A stretch of 64,000 bases of DNA from sequence record MW384823.1; one strand, written 5' to 3'. A program made the translations under genes and the position numbers. This document shows, in pieces, positions 14,144 to 24,120 of the stretch (its first letter is position 1; each line of letters starts with the position of its first letter). Under the pieces are notes generated by a model. That model saw nothing but the letters and a program-made list of their open reading frames with translations. It searched no databases and was not told the origin of the DNA.

Positions 14144-16456
14144 GTGGAATATAACGAACCCTTTCGGCTGTCAAAAGACGAGTACAATCGTGACATTGAT
14201 GTCATCGATGCGTACTTCGAACAACTGACGCTGTACATCTGGCACCAAACCGATCACAAGTACAGCAAAGAATTTATCCGTGCACAACTCGATGAGATGT
14301 TTGCGGAAGATGGCGAACTGGCTCACACTTACCCGACTTGTAAGCTGTGGGTGCGCGACCAGCAAACGGGTGACCGTAAAGAGAAGTTCACCACCGTGGA
14401 CAAGCTGCTCCGCGTGGTCATTGATAAGCAGATTATTTCTGCCCCATCACTGACCTTCTATTTACCTGAGCATGTCAAGCGTTCGAAGCTTGCGGAATTC
14501 ACCGCAGAGAACGTGCGTAAACGTGCGGTCATCAAAAATGAGATGTACGAAGCGGCGGCTGCCGGTAACGACATCTTAAAGACCAACAAGAAGAACGAAC
14601 AGAACGCCGTTAAAACCCTGAACAACGGTATGTCAGGTGCGTTCTCTTCGCCGTACACCGTTATCTTCAACCAGTCGTCGCACTCCGTGCTGACCTCCAC
14701 CTGCCGAACAGCCACGTCGTTTGGTAACGCAGGTAACGAGCGTCTGCTGGGTGGTAACCGACATTACGATACGCCTGCGCGTGTCATCGAGCACTTCCTC
14801 AGCATCGGTACCCTTACCGACTTTGCAGAATTCAAACGCTGTGTTGAGAAGTACAACCTGCACATCCCAACCGTCCAAGAAACCATGGACGTTATCAACT
14901 ACTCTGCTAACCTGTACTGGCGCTCAGCTGTCGGGTCAGAGAAAGTTGAACACTACGTGTCCCGAGTCAGTGACCTCGAACGTGCGGCCTTCGTCTACAT
15001 GGGTGACTTCTTCCATCTGGCGAAGTACAACGACGAGTTCATGCGTGGTTTCATTGGTGCATTGATCTCCGAAGAAGAAATCGGTGATTTCTCCCAGTGG
15101 ACTGACGCTGACTGGTCAGCTGCTGAGAAGACCATTGATGGTGACATGAAGATTGTGATTGCACAGTTCCGTACCGATGTGGTACCGCTGGGTAAATCCT
15201 TTGGCGATGTGAAGCTCAAAGACGAAGAAACGGAGAAAGCCTTACCGTGGAGCGAGCAGGCGAAGTATAAAGAACTGATTCGCACCGCGATGTACTTGCA
15301 GCGCACGATTGGTGAGTATGCTTGTCTGATTCGCAACATCCTGACCACCAAAAACCTGCCTATCAACATTGCCCGTATGCCGGACATGATTCGTCGTGTG
15401 GGTGTGGTATCCGATACGGACTCCACGATGATGACAGCGCAGTGGTGGGCACAGTGGTATACCGGCCAGCATTATGGTCGTGAAGCCACCCGTGTGTCGG
15501 ATGCGATGATTTACATTGCGACCCAACATCTGCGTCACCTCATGGCCAGTATGTCTGCGAACATTGGCGTGGCGAAAGAACGCCTGTTCCTGTACGCGAT
15601 GAAGAACGAGTATAAGTTTGACTCGTTTGCGCTGACCACGAAAGCGAAGCACTACTTCTCCATTATTACCGGGCAGGAAGGTCAGCTCAAGAAAGACCCA
15701 GAGCTGGAAGTTAAGGGTGTGTCTCTGCGTACCTCAAACATCCCTCCGGTTATCATGAAGGAGTTCAAGAAAACGATTCGTGAGCTGTGCATGATTGTTG
15801 CGCGTGGCGATCGTATCGAAATCGTTCCTCTGCTGGAGAAAGTGGCGGCCATCGAGCACAACGTTGTGGACTCACTGCGTGCCGGTAATGCTGGGTATCT
15901 GAAAACGACCAACATCAAATCCCGCGATGCGTATCAGGGTGATGAGAAGTCCTATCATTACCACCGCATGTACAACGCCATCTTTGGGCCGAAGTATGGC
16001 TATCTGGAAGAACCACCGTATGATGCGGTAAAACTGCCAGTGAACCTCGGGTCTAAAACGGCCATGAAAGATTGGATTGAGTCTATCGAAGATCCGGTTA
16101 TCCGTAATGGCGCGAAGCAGTGGTTTGAAGACACCAATGGTCGTACTTACGCCACCTTAATCCTGCCGGAATATCTGGTAGAGAACCACGGTATCCCACC
16201 GGAGCTGATTGCCGCGGCAGATTTACGCCGTACTGCGTTTGCCACGGTAGAGCCGTATTACCATGTCCTTGAGTGCTTGGGCGTCTTCATGATTGATAAG
16301 AAGCGTACACGTCTGCTGTCAGACTACTACGGTGAATCTCTGGATGCCGAAGAAGTGTTGCCAGAACTGAAAGACGTGAAGTACATCAAGAAATCTGAAC
16401 GTGATGCGGAAGACAGCGAGGAGGACGAAGATGGGGAAGAAGATGCAGCTGAATAA
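14144..16456 (+). CDS. B-family DNA polymerase, polymerase-domain subunit (phiKZ gp50-like)
   Basis: Motif B KTLNNGMSGA, motif C VSDTDS, LEVKGVSLRTS; acidic C-tail; lacks exonuclease and motif A. Confidence 0.88.
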   Translation: MEYNEPFRLSKDEYNRDIDVIDAYFEQLTLYIWHQTDHKYSKEFIRAQLDEMFAEDGELAHTYPTCKLWVRDQQTGDRKEKFTTVDKLLRVVIDKQIISAPSLTFYLPEHVKRSKLAEFTAENVRKRAVIKNEMYEAAAAGNDILKTNKKNEQNAVKTLNNGMSGAFSSPYTVIFNQSSHSVLTSTCRTATSFGNAGNERLLGGNRHYDTPARVIEHFLSIGTLTDFAEFKRCVEKYNLHIPTVQETMDVINYSANLYWRSAVGSEKVEHYVSRVSDLERAAFVYMGDFFHLAKYNDEFMRGFIGALISEEEIGDFSQWTDADWSAAEKTIDGDMKIVIAQFRTDVVPLGKSFGDVKLKDEETEKALPWSEQAKYKELIRTAMYLQRTIGEYACLIRNILTTKNLPINIARMPDMIRRVGVVSDTDSTMMTAQWWAQWYTGQHYGREATRVSDAMIYIATQHLRHLMASMSANIGVAKERLFLYAMKNEYKFDSFALTTKAKHYFSIITGQEGQLKKDPELEVKGVSLRTSNIPPVIMKEFKKTIRELCMIVARGDRIEIVPLLEKVAAIEHNVVDSLRAGNAGYLKTTNIKSRDAYQGDEKSYHYHRMYNAIFGPKYGYLEEPPYDAVKLPVNLGSKTAMKDWIESIEDPVIRNGAKQWFEDTNGRTYATLILPEYLVENHGIPPELIAAADLRRTAFATVEPYYHVLECLGVFMIDKKRTRLLSDYYGESLDAEEVLPELKDVKYIKKSERDAEDSEEDEDGEEDAAE

Positions 16457-16760
16457 ACTCACGGCACGTTTCATCTCTAATCAGCCGTATAAAACCATTA
16501 ACAACATTATCATTCCGCCCAACCAAACGATGGGGCCGGTACCGACTGGTGCGACATCCTGTTACCCTAAACAACAAGAAGCCCCTCTCGTTATTTGGGA
16601 GGGCAAGGCTTCTGACATCGACCCGCAGCACGAGCAGGTGGATTTTATTCTGCGCACTTGGGTAGGGTTGTGTCTGCAAGAGAAAAGTATCGAGCAGGTG
16701 CGTGCTGAGGAAGACGCTTACCGTGCCCGCTACCCTAAGCGCTTCCCTCCCAGACATTAA
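16443..16760 (+). CDS. hypothetical protein
   Basis: Likely start MQLNKLT overlapping the polymerase stop. Confidence 0.65.
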   Translation: MQLNKLTARFISNQPYKTINNIIIPPNQTMGPVPTGATSCYPKQQEAPLVIWEGKASDIDPQHEQVDFILRTWVGLCLQEKSIEQVRAEEDAYRARYPKRFPPRH

Positions 16761-16765
16761 GGTGG

Positions 16766-16948
16766 TTGGCTGTGTACCACGACATTAAATCGTCAAACGA
16801 GCGTATCGCTGAGATACGCAAGGAGTACACCGAGAAGGGGTACGAGAACATCACGGTCTGGCGGGCAGGGGAGCGGATTCACATTCAGGCATACGACCCG
16901 AAGCGAAAACGCGACATTAACTGTTACGCCATTCCTAACCCATTGTAG
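16766..16948 (+). CDS. hypothetical protein
   Basis: 60 aa, TTG start after AAGGTGG. Confidence 0.6.
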   Translation: MAVYHDIKSSNERIAEIRKEYTEKGYENITVWRAGERIHIQAYDPKRKRDINCYAIPNPL

Positions 16949-16956
16949 GGATTCCC

Positions 16957-17541
16957 ATGGAACACAATTTGTTGGACGTAGTAAAGAAGCTTGCCCGAGA
17001 TGGGCAGTTAAACCAAGTGCGAAAGCGCATCGTGTCGAGCATCGCTAAAATGGTAAACGTGGCTAACGAACAGTCCGGATATAATGAAGCCCTACATCGT
17101 GAACTCGATGAAGACAAACTGATCCCGCACTTTCGCATGCCGCAGGCGAATAAGATTTACCAGCCCGGTGGTAAAGGTTCCACGTTGGTTGTGGAGATGA
17201 ACCCGAACTGCACGTTGGCCAAACGTCTACTGAAAGAAGCGGAATATCGCTACTTCGCTGTCTGGGACTTTGAAGAGATTGAACTGGATTACGGTTTAGC
17301 TGGACACTGCCGCGTTACTGCACTGGCAGGTTTCCTCAATCGCTTTCCGGGTTTGAAGGGTAAAGTGACTGTGGGCGAAGACAGCCGCGGGCCAACACTG
17401 AACGCACCGAACGATGTGGTTGAGTTGGATTTCGTGGTGATTGCCCCCGATGGCAAGTATCATCTCCAGCGTTTTACCAATGACAACGTAGGGCATGTGT
17501 GCGCACAACTGCACATCAGCTACTACCAGTCAAAAAAATAA
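16957..17541 (+). CDS. hypothetical protein
   Basis: 194 aa in operon. Confidence 0.75.
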   Translation: MEHNLLDVVKKLARDGQLNQVRKRIVSSIAKMVNVANEQSGYNEALHRELDEDKLIPHFRMPQANKIYQPGGKGSTLVVEMNPNCTLAKRLLKEAEYRYFAVWDFEEIELDYGLAGHCRVTALAGFLNRFPGLKGKVTVGEDSRGPTLNAPNDVVELDFVVIAPDGKYHLQRFTNDNVGHVCAQLHISYYQSKK

Positions 17542-17632
17542 AAATGAGGTAATTGCACCCTTTCGAGTGCAATTACAAGTTATTCCCTATTATATGTAAA
17601 CCTGAACGGTTTACGGGGGAGGGAGTAAATTC

Positions 17633-18697
17633 TCATTTTTCAGCATGGTCTAACAAGGGCTGAATCAGGGTTTGCCGGAAGTGGTTATAGACCGCCTTTG
17701 GCAACTTGTTTAAGACCTTGGTATCTGCGTAGCGACCGATCTCATACGAGACGTCCTTCAGGTACGCATCCATGTGACCTTTGTTGTACTGGAGACAGTG
17801 CAGCATCCAATGCCAGTTGACCAACGTCAGATGCCACGAGCCCTGGAATGTTAATCCGGGGTCACGGTGAACGATGCGGTCAATCGCAGTCCGATCTCCA
17901 TCTAATGGAAATTGGAATGGCTGGATGACGTGAGCCAATACGACCCCCGGTATTGGATTCCCCGTCAATAGCGACTGACGTGTCTGGGTGGCGTTGCGGA
18001 TAGCAATATCGCGCAGCGGCGGAACCGGAATCGTTCGCAAAGGTTGATCCATCTCGATATCTTGACCCATTGCCACAAAGCGATGGATGTTGAGTAACGA
18101 GATATCCATATAGCTCGGCAGCATACGGCTGATAACGTGTCGCCAGATATACGTCGGGCTGGTCACTACTTCGTTGGAACGGTTGTAATAGGCAAACGCT
18201 TTAACGTGTTGCCACAGCAGCTCTACGAGATTGATCTCGATAATACTCACCCCACGCGGCTTGCCATTCCCGAGTTGCCAGTTTAGATTGGTATACTCGT
18301 GATACAGGTAGCGGGCCGGTGCGTATTCGCGAAAGGATAACTCAGGATCGATTGGGCGGGCTACGAGAGAGATGATCTCATCTTGGCCTTCGATGAACAT
18401 ACCGTTGAAGACTTTTCCGTATTCACCCATCGAGGTTAAGCGCTCGGCGTTGCCGATGCCAATCAACCGTCGTCGACATGCCCACTCTACGGTTTCGTAG
18501 TCGGGGTCTGTTGAATAACCGATGGCTGAAATTAACTTTGCGATGAGGTGGCCGGATTCTACACGGGTCTGTACCGAGTCAAAGTAGTTGCGAATACGTT
18601 GGTGGTTATTTTTTACAAGAGCTGCCAATTGTATAGCGGTAGGGTCGACGTTATGCCCTTTGATTTCCACTTGCTTTAATTCGGCTTGACTGAACAT
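17633..18697 (-). CDS. conserved chimallivirus core protein divergent from chimallin
   Basis: Start MFSQAELK with CAGGAG RBS; position matches the gene preceding ChmA in phiKZ-like phages. Confidence 0.8.
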   Translation of the reverse strand: MFSQAELKQVEIKGHNVDPTAIQLAALVKNNHQRIRNYFDSVQTRVESGHLIAKLISAIGYSTDPDYETVEWACRRRLIGIGNAERLTSMGEYGKVFNGMFIEGQDEIISLVARPIDPELSFREYAPARYLYHEYTNLNWQLGNGKPRGVSIIEINLVELLWQHVKAFAYYNRSNEVVTSPTYIWRHVISRMLPSYMDISLLNIHRFVAMGQDIEMDQPLRTIPVPPLRDIAIRNATQTRQSLLTGNPIPGVVLAHVIQPFQFPLDGDRTAIDRIVHRDPGLTFQGSWHLTLVNWHWMLHCLQYNKGHMDAYLKDVSYEIGRYADTKVLNKLPKAVYNHFRQTLIQPLLDHAEK

Positions 18698-18754
18698 GAT
18701 TCTCTCCTGTGTTACCACATAGGAACTAGGTCGTAGTCAAAGAAATTACAGATG

Positions 18755-18861
18755 TATATTATCATTGTGACGGTTCCGGTTATTCTTTCTGTTATGTGTT
18801 ATTCATTAGGCGACGGCTTAACTGCATTCCACAAATTTACAGATTGATATTATCACTGTGA
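18755..18861 (+). promoter_or_regulatory. tandem early-type promoters of chimallin
   Basis: TATATTATC-ATT-GTGA (18755-18770) and GATATTATC-ACT-GTGA (18846-18861). Confidence 0.75.
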
Positions 18862-18900
18862 ACTTACTCGTACTAATTATCTTTCAAGGATTATATAACC

Positions 18901-20715
18901 ATGGTTAAATATGTTGGCGAAAATGACACTCACGTTGAAGCTCAAGCTGCTGCTGCCGCGGAGTCTGTAAACGTATCTCAGAACGTGACCAAGCCTGCAC
19001 CGGCTGCTGACTACAGCACTGGTAACCACGTCGATTCTTTCGACCAAGCTTTTGACTGGTCTTCTTCTTCTTCCAGCGCAAACGACTTCGTGCGTCTGCT
19101 GAAAGAAGCCGCTGAGAAAAACGAATACCTGTCCCGTTTCCGTTACGGTCTGGTAAAAGGCATCTCTGCCGAAATGGGTTCTGCCGCATACGTTGCTGGC
19201 GAACTGAACGGCGCATGGCTGTACGGTCTGGTCTTCTTCGAGAAGGGCCAGTCTATCCGTATCTACGAAACCACCAACCGTCAGGAAGATTACTTCACCC
19301 TGTCTAGCCTCATCAACAAAGATGTGCTGGCGAAGGTGTCTGAGTCTATCCGTGAAGACCACGGTATCGATAACGTCCACTACATGATCACCAACTGTGT
19401 GCCTGACTTCTCTGGCAACGTGGTTGACATCAACTGGGCGAAGTCTCTGATGGGCCAGCTGCTGCTGGGCGTGTTCGGTCGTGCAGTAGGTTACCTGGGC
19501 ACCATCGTGCTCAAGAAAACCGATCGCTTCGTTGCGAACGTCGCTACTCCTGAAACTGGTGTGGCAACTGACGTCAACGGTCACCCGAACCGTGCTGACA
19601 TCGCTGTGTACGTTGAGCATACGCCGACCAATCAGGAAAGCGATACGCCGACTCTGCTGAGCGACAGCATCCCAACTGCGTACCCGCCGGTTCGTAGCTG
19701 CGGTTATCCGAACCTGCGCTTCACTGGTCTGAAAAAGGCAGTGGATGGCGTGCAGGATCTGAAACAGCTGCAAGGTGAAGTTGTTGTGTCACTGATTGAC
19801 TCTCAGGCGAAAGGTTCTAAGGCCCCGCTGGAGCGTCAGTTCATCGCATTCGGCGCGTTCGCGGATATCGCACAGAACGGCGGCTGGCGTGACCTGTACA
19901 TCAACACCCTGAACAAACAGGATCGTAAGTTCTCCGCACTGGCTTCTCATCTGAGCTGGGGTGCAGAGCAGGCTCCTGACCTGGGTAAACTGGATAGCTC
20001 CCGTGAGCTGGTTGACCGCGCTCTGCGTGTGTTCGCACCAAGCTCTGCTGCGCTGGTAGTCCGTCATCGTGCGGGTAACGGCGTGGGCGGTCTGTCCAAC
20101 ATGTTCGCTGAGATTGCTCTGCGTAACACCAACACTCTGGGTCAGCTGCTGAACGTTCTGAACAGCATGTTCGGCGATGTTGATGGTGTGAACTTCACCA
20201 CTTACCTCGGTCAGCAACTGGGTGTATCTACCATCACATGTGCACATATCGTCGCAGCCGCAGTGCCGACTCTGGATGGCGTGTACACGTCTACCGCAGC
20301 GCACCGCTCACTGCAAGATATGGACCTGACCTCTGTTGCTACCCACCTGGGTGACAAACAGCAGGAAATGTACCGTTACATGCACGCCCAGTCTTACGCT
20401 AACCGTGAGCTGGAAGGTCATGCTCAGCGCATCTACCTGGCTAAGCTGGCTTCTGCAATGTACGGTAACCGTTCACTGCGCTTCACTGGCGAATCTCTGG
20501 ATATGGCAATCCATCCGGTGTTCGCACGTTGCGTACTGGATAAGCTGCGTCAGAAAGCAAGCTTCCAGGTGAACGGCGTCAACGCCAACAACGAGCTGGA
20601 CAACTCCCTGTTCTACAACCAGGGTGGTGAAACGTTCGTGCTGTCAGGTAACGGCCAGACTGGTGGTATCGACACTTTCGGTCTGGGTGTAACCCTTACC
20701 GACTACAAACTGTAA
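18901..20715 (+). CDS. chmA: chimallin, phage-nucleus shell protein (phiKZ gp54-like)
   Basis: 604 aa, disordered N-tail, strong high-expression codon bias, two early promoters, located between DNA polymerase and nvRNAP beta' N subunit; identity from size and synteny. Confidence 0.82.
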   Translation: MVKYVGENDTHVEAQAAAAAESVNVSQNVTKPAPAADYSTGNHVDSFDQAFDWSSSSSSANDFVRLLKEAAEKNEYLSRFRYGLVKGISAEMGSAAYVAGELNGAWLYGLVFFEKGQSIRIYETTNRQEDYFTLSSLINKDVLAKVSESIREDHGIDNVHYMITNCVPDFSGNVVDINWAKSLMGQLLLGVFGRAVGYLGTIVLKKTDRFVANVATPETGVATDVNGHPNRADIAVYVEHTPTNQESDTPTLLSDSIPTAYPPVRSCGYPNLRFTGLKKAVDGVQDLKQLQGEVVVSLIDSQAKGSKAPLERQFIAFGAFADIAQNGGWRDLYINTLNKQDRKFSALASHLSWGAEQAPDLGKLDSSRELVDRALRVFAPSSAALVVRHRAGNGVGGLSNMFAEIALRNTNTLGQLLNVLNSMFGDVDGVNFTTYLGQQLGVSTITCAHIVAAAVPTLDGVYTSTAAHRSLQDMDLTSVATHLGDKQQEMYRYMHAQSYANRELEGHAQRIYLAKLASAMYGNRSLRFTGESLDMAIHPVFARCVLDKLRQKASFQVNGVNANNELDNSLFYNQGGETFVLSGNGQTGGIDTFGLGVTLTDYKL

Positions 20716-20734
20716 TCCGTTTGTAGTGTAGTCG

Positions 20735-20775
20735 GGGTGGGAGCATTTGCTCCCACCCTACCACCATCTTTTTTT
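20735..20775 (+). terminator. intrinsic terminator after chmA
   Basis: GGGTGGGAGCA/TGCTCCCACCC stem plus T-run. Confidence 0.75.
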
Positions 20776-20788
20776 GGTTGAGGTAAAA

Positions 20789-22381
20789 ATGCAGGCACCA
20801 AAGTTTTATGGAATCTCAGGACGATTAGAGGCACAGGATCATTACCTGCGTGACCTCCTTATCGAGGCCGGAGCGAAACAAATCAAACCTCCGACCATCA
20901 TCAATGACTTGGCCATTGGTGGTGACCCCATCAAAGTGGCTGAGCAGATTGACCTGCTGGTGCAAAACCGCATTATTGACGAACAGCTCAACTCTGCGCC
21001 AATTTGTAGCATCACTTGCGATAACCCGATCGCCCACCGTTACAACCTCGGTAAGCAATGTCCGTGTTGTGGATATCGTGTTACCGAAAACCGTATTGAG
21101 TCTGACGTGTGGTTGCGTGCGCCTGATGAGATTGAGTATTTCATCAACCCGCGCTTCTGGGCGATGTTCAATGCGTTCTTTAACAACAACAAGAAACCGC
21201 GTAAGTTTGATCGTACGAAAGTTGCCATCGGTAACGGATCTGATCTGATGATGTGGTTCCTTGACCCGTATTACCGCGCTGATGAGCCCGACTCAAAACG
21301 TGCGTCTGTTGTGAAGCGAATCATGGAAGAACATGGTGTCCGTCGTGGGATTCATTATTTCACCGGTCACTACAAACAAATCTTTGACATTCTTACCCGG
21401 CCTGAGAACTGGCGTGAGATTTATCCACCGCAACGCAACAATGCCAGTGAAAGTGAAATTCTGCGTACCCAATGGATAGAACTGATCGAAACCCAAGGTA
21501 AAGCTATACTCACCAAACATCTGCCGATTATTTCGTCAAAGATGATTGTGTCCGAGGAAGGTCGCCGTGGTGTGGTGATTGACCCTATCTTCACCGCTGC
21601 CATTGATTCGGTGAAAAACATTGCGCAGCTGTATACCCGCAAACGCAGTATGGAATCACGCTTTGTTATCAGTAAAGCGCTGAAAGCAAACCGGCAGTTG
21701 ACCTATTTCCATATTGACTTCCGTCGTGAGACGCTGGAACAAAAGCCGGGTCACTATCGTGCGAAAGTATCATCAACGCATGTGTGTAACTCAGGCCGTG
21801 CAACAATCTCACCAATTGCCTCTCCGCATGATGCGTGGAAGTTAGTGGCACCGTGGCGTTGGTCAGTTGGGTTGCTCAGTGTAGACATCGAGTCGAAACT
21901 GTTGCAGCGCGGCTTCTCTTCACGTCAGTGCGAACGTATTGTTGCGAAAGCGGCGATGCAGTACGATCCGTTGGTCGATGAAATCTTCAAAGAACTGATT
22001 GCGGAATCGCCGGGTGGCATGGGTATCCTTGTCCTACCGCTGCGTAACCCAACGTTAGTTCAGCTCTCTGTACAGGCGCTGTGGATTGACCAAATCATCA
22101 CGGATGTTGACCAGTGCTCGATTCGTATCTCTGACCGCGTCATTAAGATGGCTAACGCCGACTTTGATGGTGACCAGCTCATGGTTTACCGTCCGACCGA
22201 TCAAATCGAAATCGATCTGGCGATGGCGTTCCGTCCAGACAACGGGTTCATGTCATCTACCAAAGTCAATGAGGTAGAAAGAGGCATGATTTTACATAGC
22301 GAACTTATCAGTATGCAGAACAGCTTCCTCTTAGAGGCCGAAGAGGATGACGAAGTAGGTTTAGCACTCGAAGACTTATAA
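20789..22381 (+). CDS. non-virion RNA polymerase beta' N-terminal subunit (phiKZ gp55-like)
   Basis: Zn-finger CSITC...CPCC, LRNPTL, catalytic NADFDGD; GAGG RBS before ATG 20789. Confidence 0.92.
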   Translation: MQAPKFYGISGRLEAQDHYLRDLLIEAGAKQIKPPTIINDLAIGGDPIKVAEQIDLLVQNRIIDEQLNSAPICSITCDNPIAHRYNLGKQCPCCGYRVTENRIESDVWLRAPDEIEYFINPRFWAMFNAFFNNNKKPRKFDRTKVAIGNGSDLMMWFLDPYYRADEPDSKRASVVKRIMEEHGVRRGIHYFTGHYKQIFDILTRPENWREIYPPQRNNASESEILRTQWIELIETQGKAILTKHLPIISSKMIVSEEGRRGVVIDPIFTAAIDSVKNIAQLYTRKRSMESRFVISKALKANRQLTYFHIDFRRETLEQKPGHYRAKVSSTHVCNSGRATISPIASPHDAWKLVAPWRWSVGLLSVDIESKLLQRGFSSRQCERIVAKAAMQYDPLVDEIFKELIAESPGGMGILVLPLRNPTLVQLSVQALWIDQIITDVDQCSIRISDRVIKMANADFDGDQLMVYRPTDQIEIDLAMAFRPDNGFMSSTKVNEVERGMILHSELISMQNSFLLEAEEDDEVGLALEDL

Positions 22382-22396
22382 CAGGAGCAAACGAGT

Positions 22397-22984
22397 ATGT
22401 CGATGTGGAAGAATATCTCTACCGCGTTTACGAAACAAGAAACCGGTAGTGGCTTTCATGATTTCTTTGAAAGCAAATTTAACATCGACCTGATTGCCCC
22501 CGACATGCGTGAAAGTGTGTTGGAGCATCGTCGTGAGTTAGCGAACATGGAACTTTTCCGTAAAACCACTGCGGCCGTACGCAAACTGCGCCATTCCGAT
22601 GGTACAGAATGCATCCGCCAGCTGGAAACTATTGGGGAGTTCCAACACGCCAACCCACTGCTGCAACCGTTCTTGGTCGCCATGCCTGAGTACCGTAAAC
22701 CGTATAACGAATTTATGGCATCAGGTTTTGAGAAAGGTTTCTCCGAACTGGATATCTTCCGTGGTAATGCGTACATGCACACGGACGATAACTATCGTGA
22801 GATGACCACTGACGTCTCAACCGAATACGATGAAGATCGTATCTGGCATTGGGTATCCAATGAAGAACGTCAGTACCGTCCGGACGCAGTCGCGAAGGTC
22901 GAGTTGAATATCAACCGTGTGAGAATGCGAGACTTTGATTGGGAAGATGCAGATCCTTGCTCCCAATTCAACGCCTCGATGTAA
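22397..22984 (+). CDS. conserved hypothetical protein
   Basis: 195 aa, CAGGAG RBS. Confidence 0.85.
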   Translation: MSMWKNISTAFTKQETGSGFHDFFESKFNIDLIAPDMRESVLEHRRELANMELFRKTTAAVRKLRHSDGTECIRQLETIGEFQHANPLLQPFLVAMPEYRKPYNEFMASGFEKGFSELDIFRGNAYMHTDDNYREMTTDVSTEYDEDRIWHWVSNEERQYRPDAVAKVELNINRVRMRDFDWEDADPCSQFNASM

Positions 22985-23069
22985 TAGAAGAAGAGAGGGA
23001 GATAAGCACCCTCTCTTTTTTTCTTCCGTTAGCGCTCAAATCCTATGTTAGTAACTGGGGAGATTAAAA

Positions 23070-23456
23070 ATGGTCGTTGCGGTCGGAACACTTTCTACGC
23101 GTGGTTGGGCAAAAACAACTGGCGATATGATCACGGAACTGATGAACCACTATACCGAAGCCGGGTATAGTCAGTCAGTGATTTACCGTGGCAATATCAA
23201 ATCATTCTCTTTCCGCTGTGCGGCGTTCGCGCAAGACCCCGAAGAACTGGCGTCCAAAGTCCAACAAGACTTGGTGGCCTTATACGGGGGTGTGTTTACA
23301 GCTGGGGTAGAGGTCGAATGTACTTACGAGTACCTTAACGATTCAGACATACGCTACCGTCTGATTATTAGCCTGCGAGTTTTACCGGCCGTGGGTGGTG
23401 ATTGGGTTGACGCTATGCGTTATGTGAATGTGGATAAAGGAGCCTACGGTGGCTGA
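23070..23456 (+). CDS. conserved hypothetical protein
   Basis: 128 aa, GGGAG RBS. Confidence 0.8.
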   Translation: MVVAVGTLSTRGWAKTTGDMITELMNHYTEAGYSQSVIYRGNIKSFSFRCAAFAQDPEELASKVQQDLVALYGGVFTAGVEVECTYEYLNDSDIRYRLIISLRVLPAVGGDWVDAMRYVNVDKGAYGG

Positions 23457-24120
23457 CGAACCGATTAAGTTTGAAAACAACGCCATGTACGACCTGAACA
23501 AAATGGGGCCACAGGAAGTCTTCGAGTTTAACCGCGCGATGGATATCGAAGCGGAGATTCGTGATAACCTCGACCCGTATGCACGCTTTACGGAGAGCAT
23601 GTTCCGTCGTCAGGCGTTACCTATCCTGAGTGGTCTGCTGGACGGGTCTTTTGATGACAATGCGTACATCAACTGCATCGGATCGGCGATGGTGCCGTTA
23701 CAGGTGGTGCAGGATGAAGATCCGACCAAACTGATGTTCACCATTCCACCGTTGTTCTTCACCGGACAATCGTTGCTGCATGTGGAAGGACAGCAGTCGC
23801 TGACCGATGAAGCGCTGGAGATTTCGTCTCGTGCGGAAATCCTGCCTATTCTGGGGCCGCGCGCCAAACACGATCTCATTGTCAATACGCTGGACGGTAT
23901 TGAGATGGCGTCGTACGAAACCAATCGTCGCCGCGCTAAGCAAACGATTGATCTGCTGAACTGGGTGTTCAAGCGTTATAGGCTGAATGGTCAGATTGCA
24001 TATCCTGCGGGCATGGAAGATCTGATCCAAGCCGATGGTAAAGCTGCTGCCCCTGCGGCGGTTGTACAGCGTCAGCCGATTATCTCAGACGATGGTATCG
24101 AAGATGGTGAAGACCTCTAA
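23449..24120 (+). CDS. conserved hypothetical protein
   Basis: GTG start (MADEPIK) after AAGGAG. Confidence 0.8.
   Translation: MADEPIKFENNAMYDLNKMGPQEVFEFNRAMDIEAEIRDNLDPYARFTESMFRRQALPILSGLLDGSFDDNAYINCIGSAMVPLQVVQDEDPTKLMFTIPPLFFTGQSLLHVEGQQSLTDEALEISSRAEILPILGPRAKHDLIVNTLDGIEMASYETNRRRAKQTIDLLNWVFKRYRLNGQIAYPAGMEDLIQADGKAAAPAAVVQRQPIISDDGIEDGEDL

Noticed and set aside
18877-20304. Long antisense ORFs opposite chmA (298 aa and 171 aa)
   Set aside because: Shadow frames produced by the strong codon bias of a highly expressed gene
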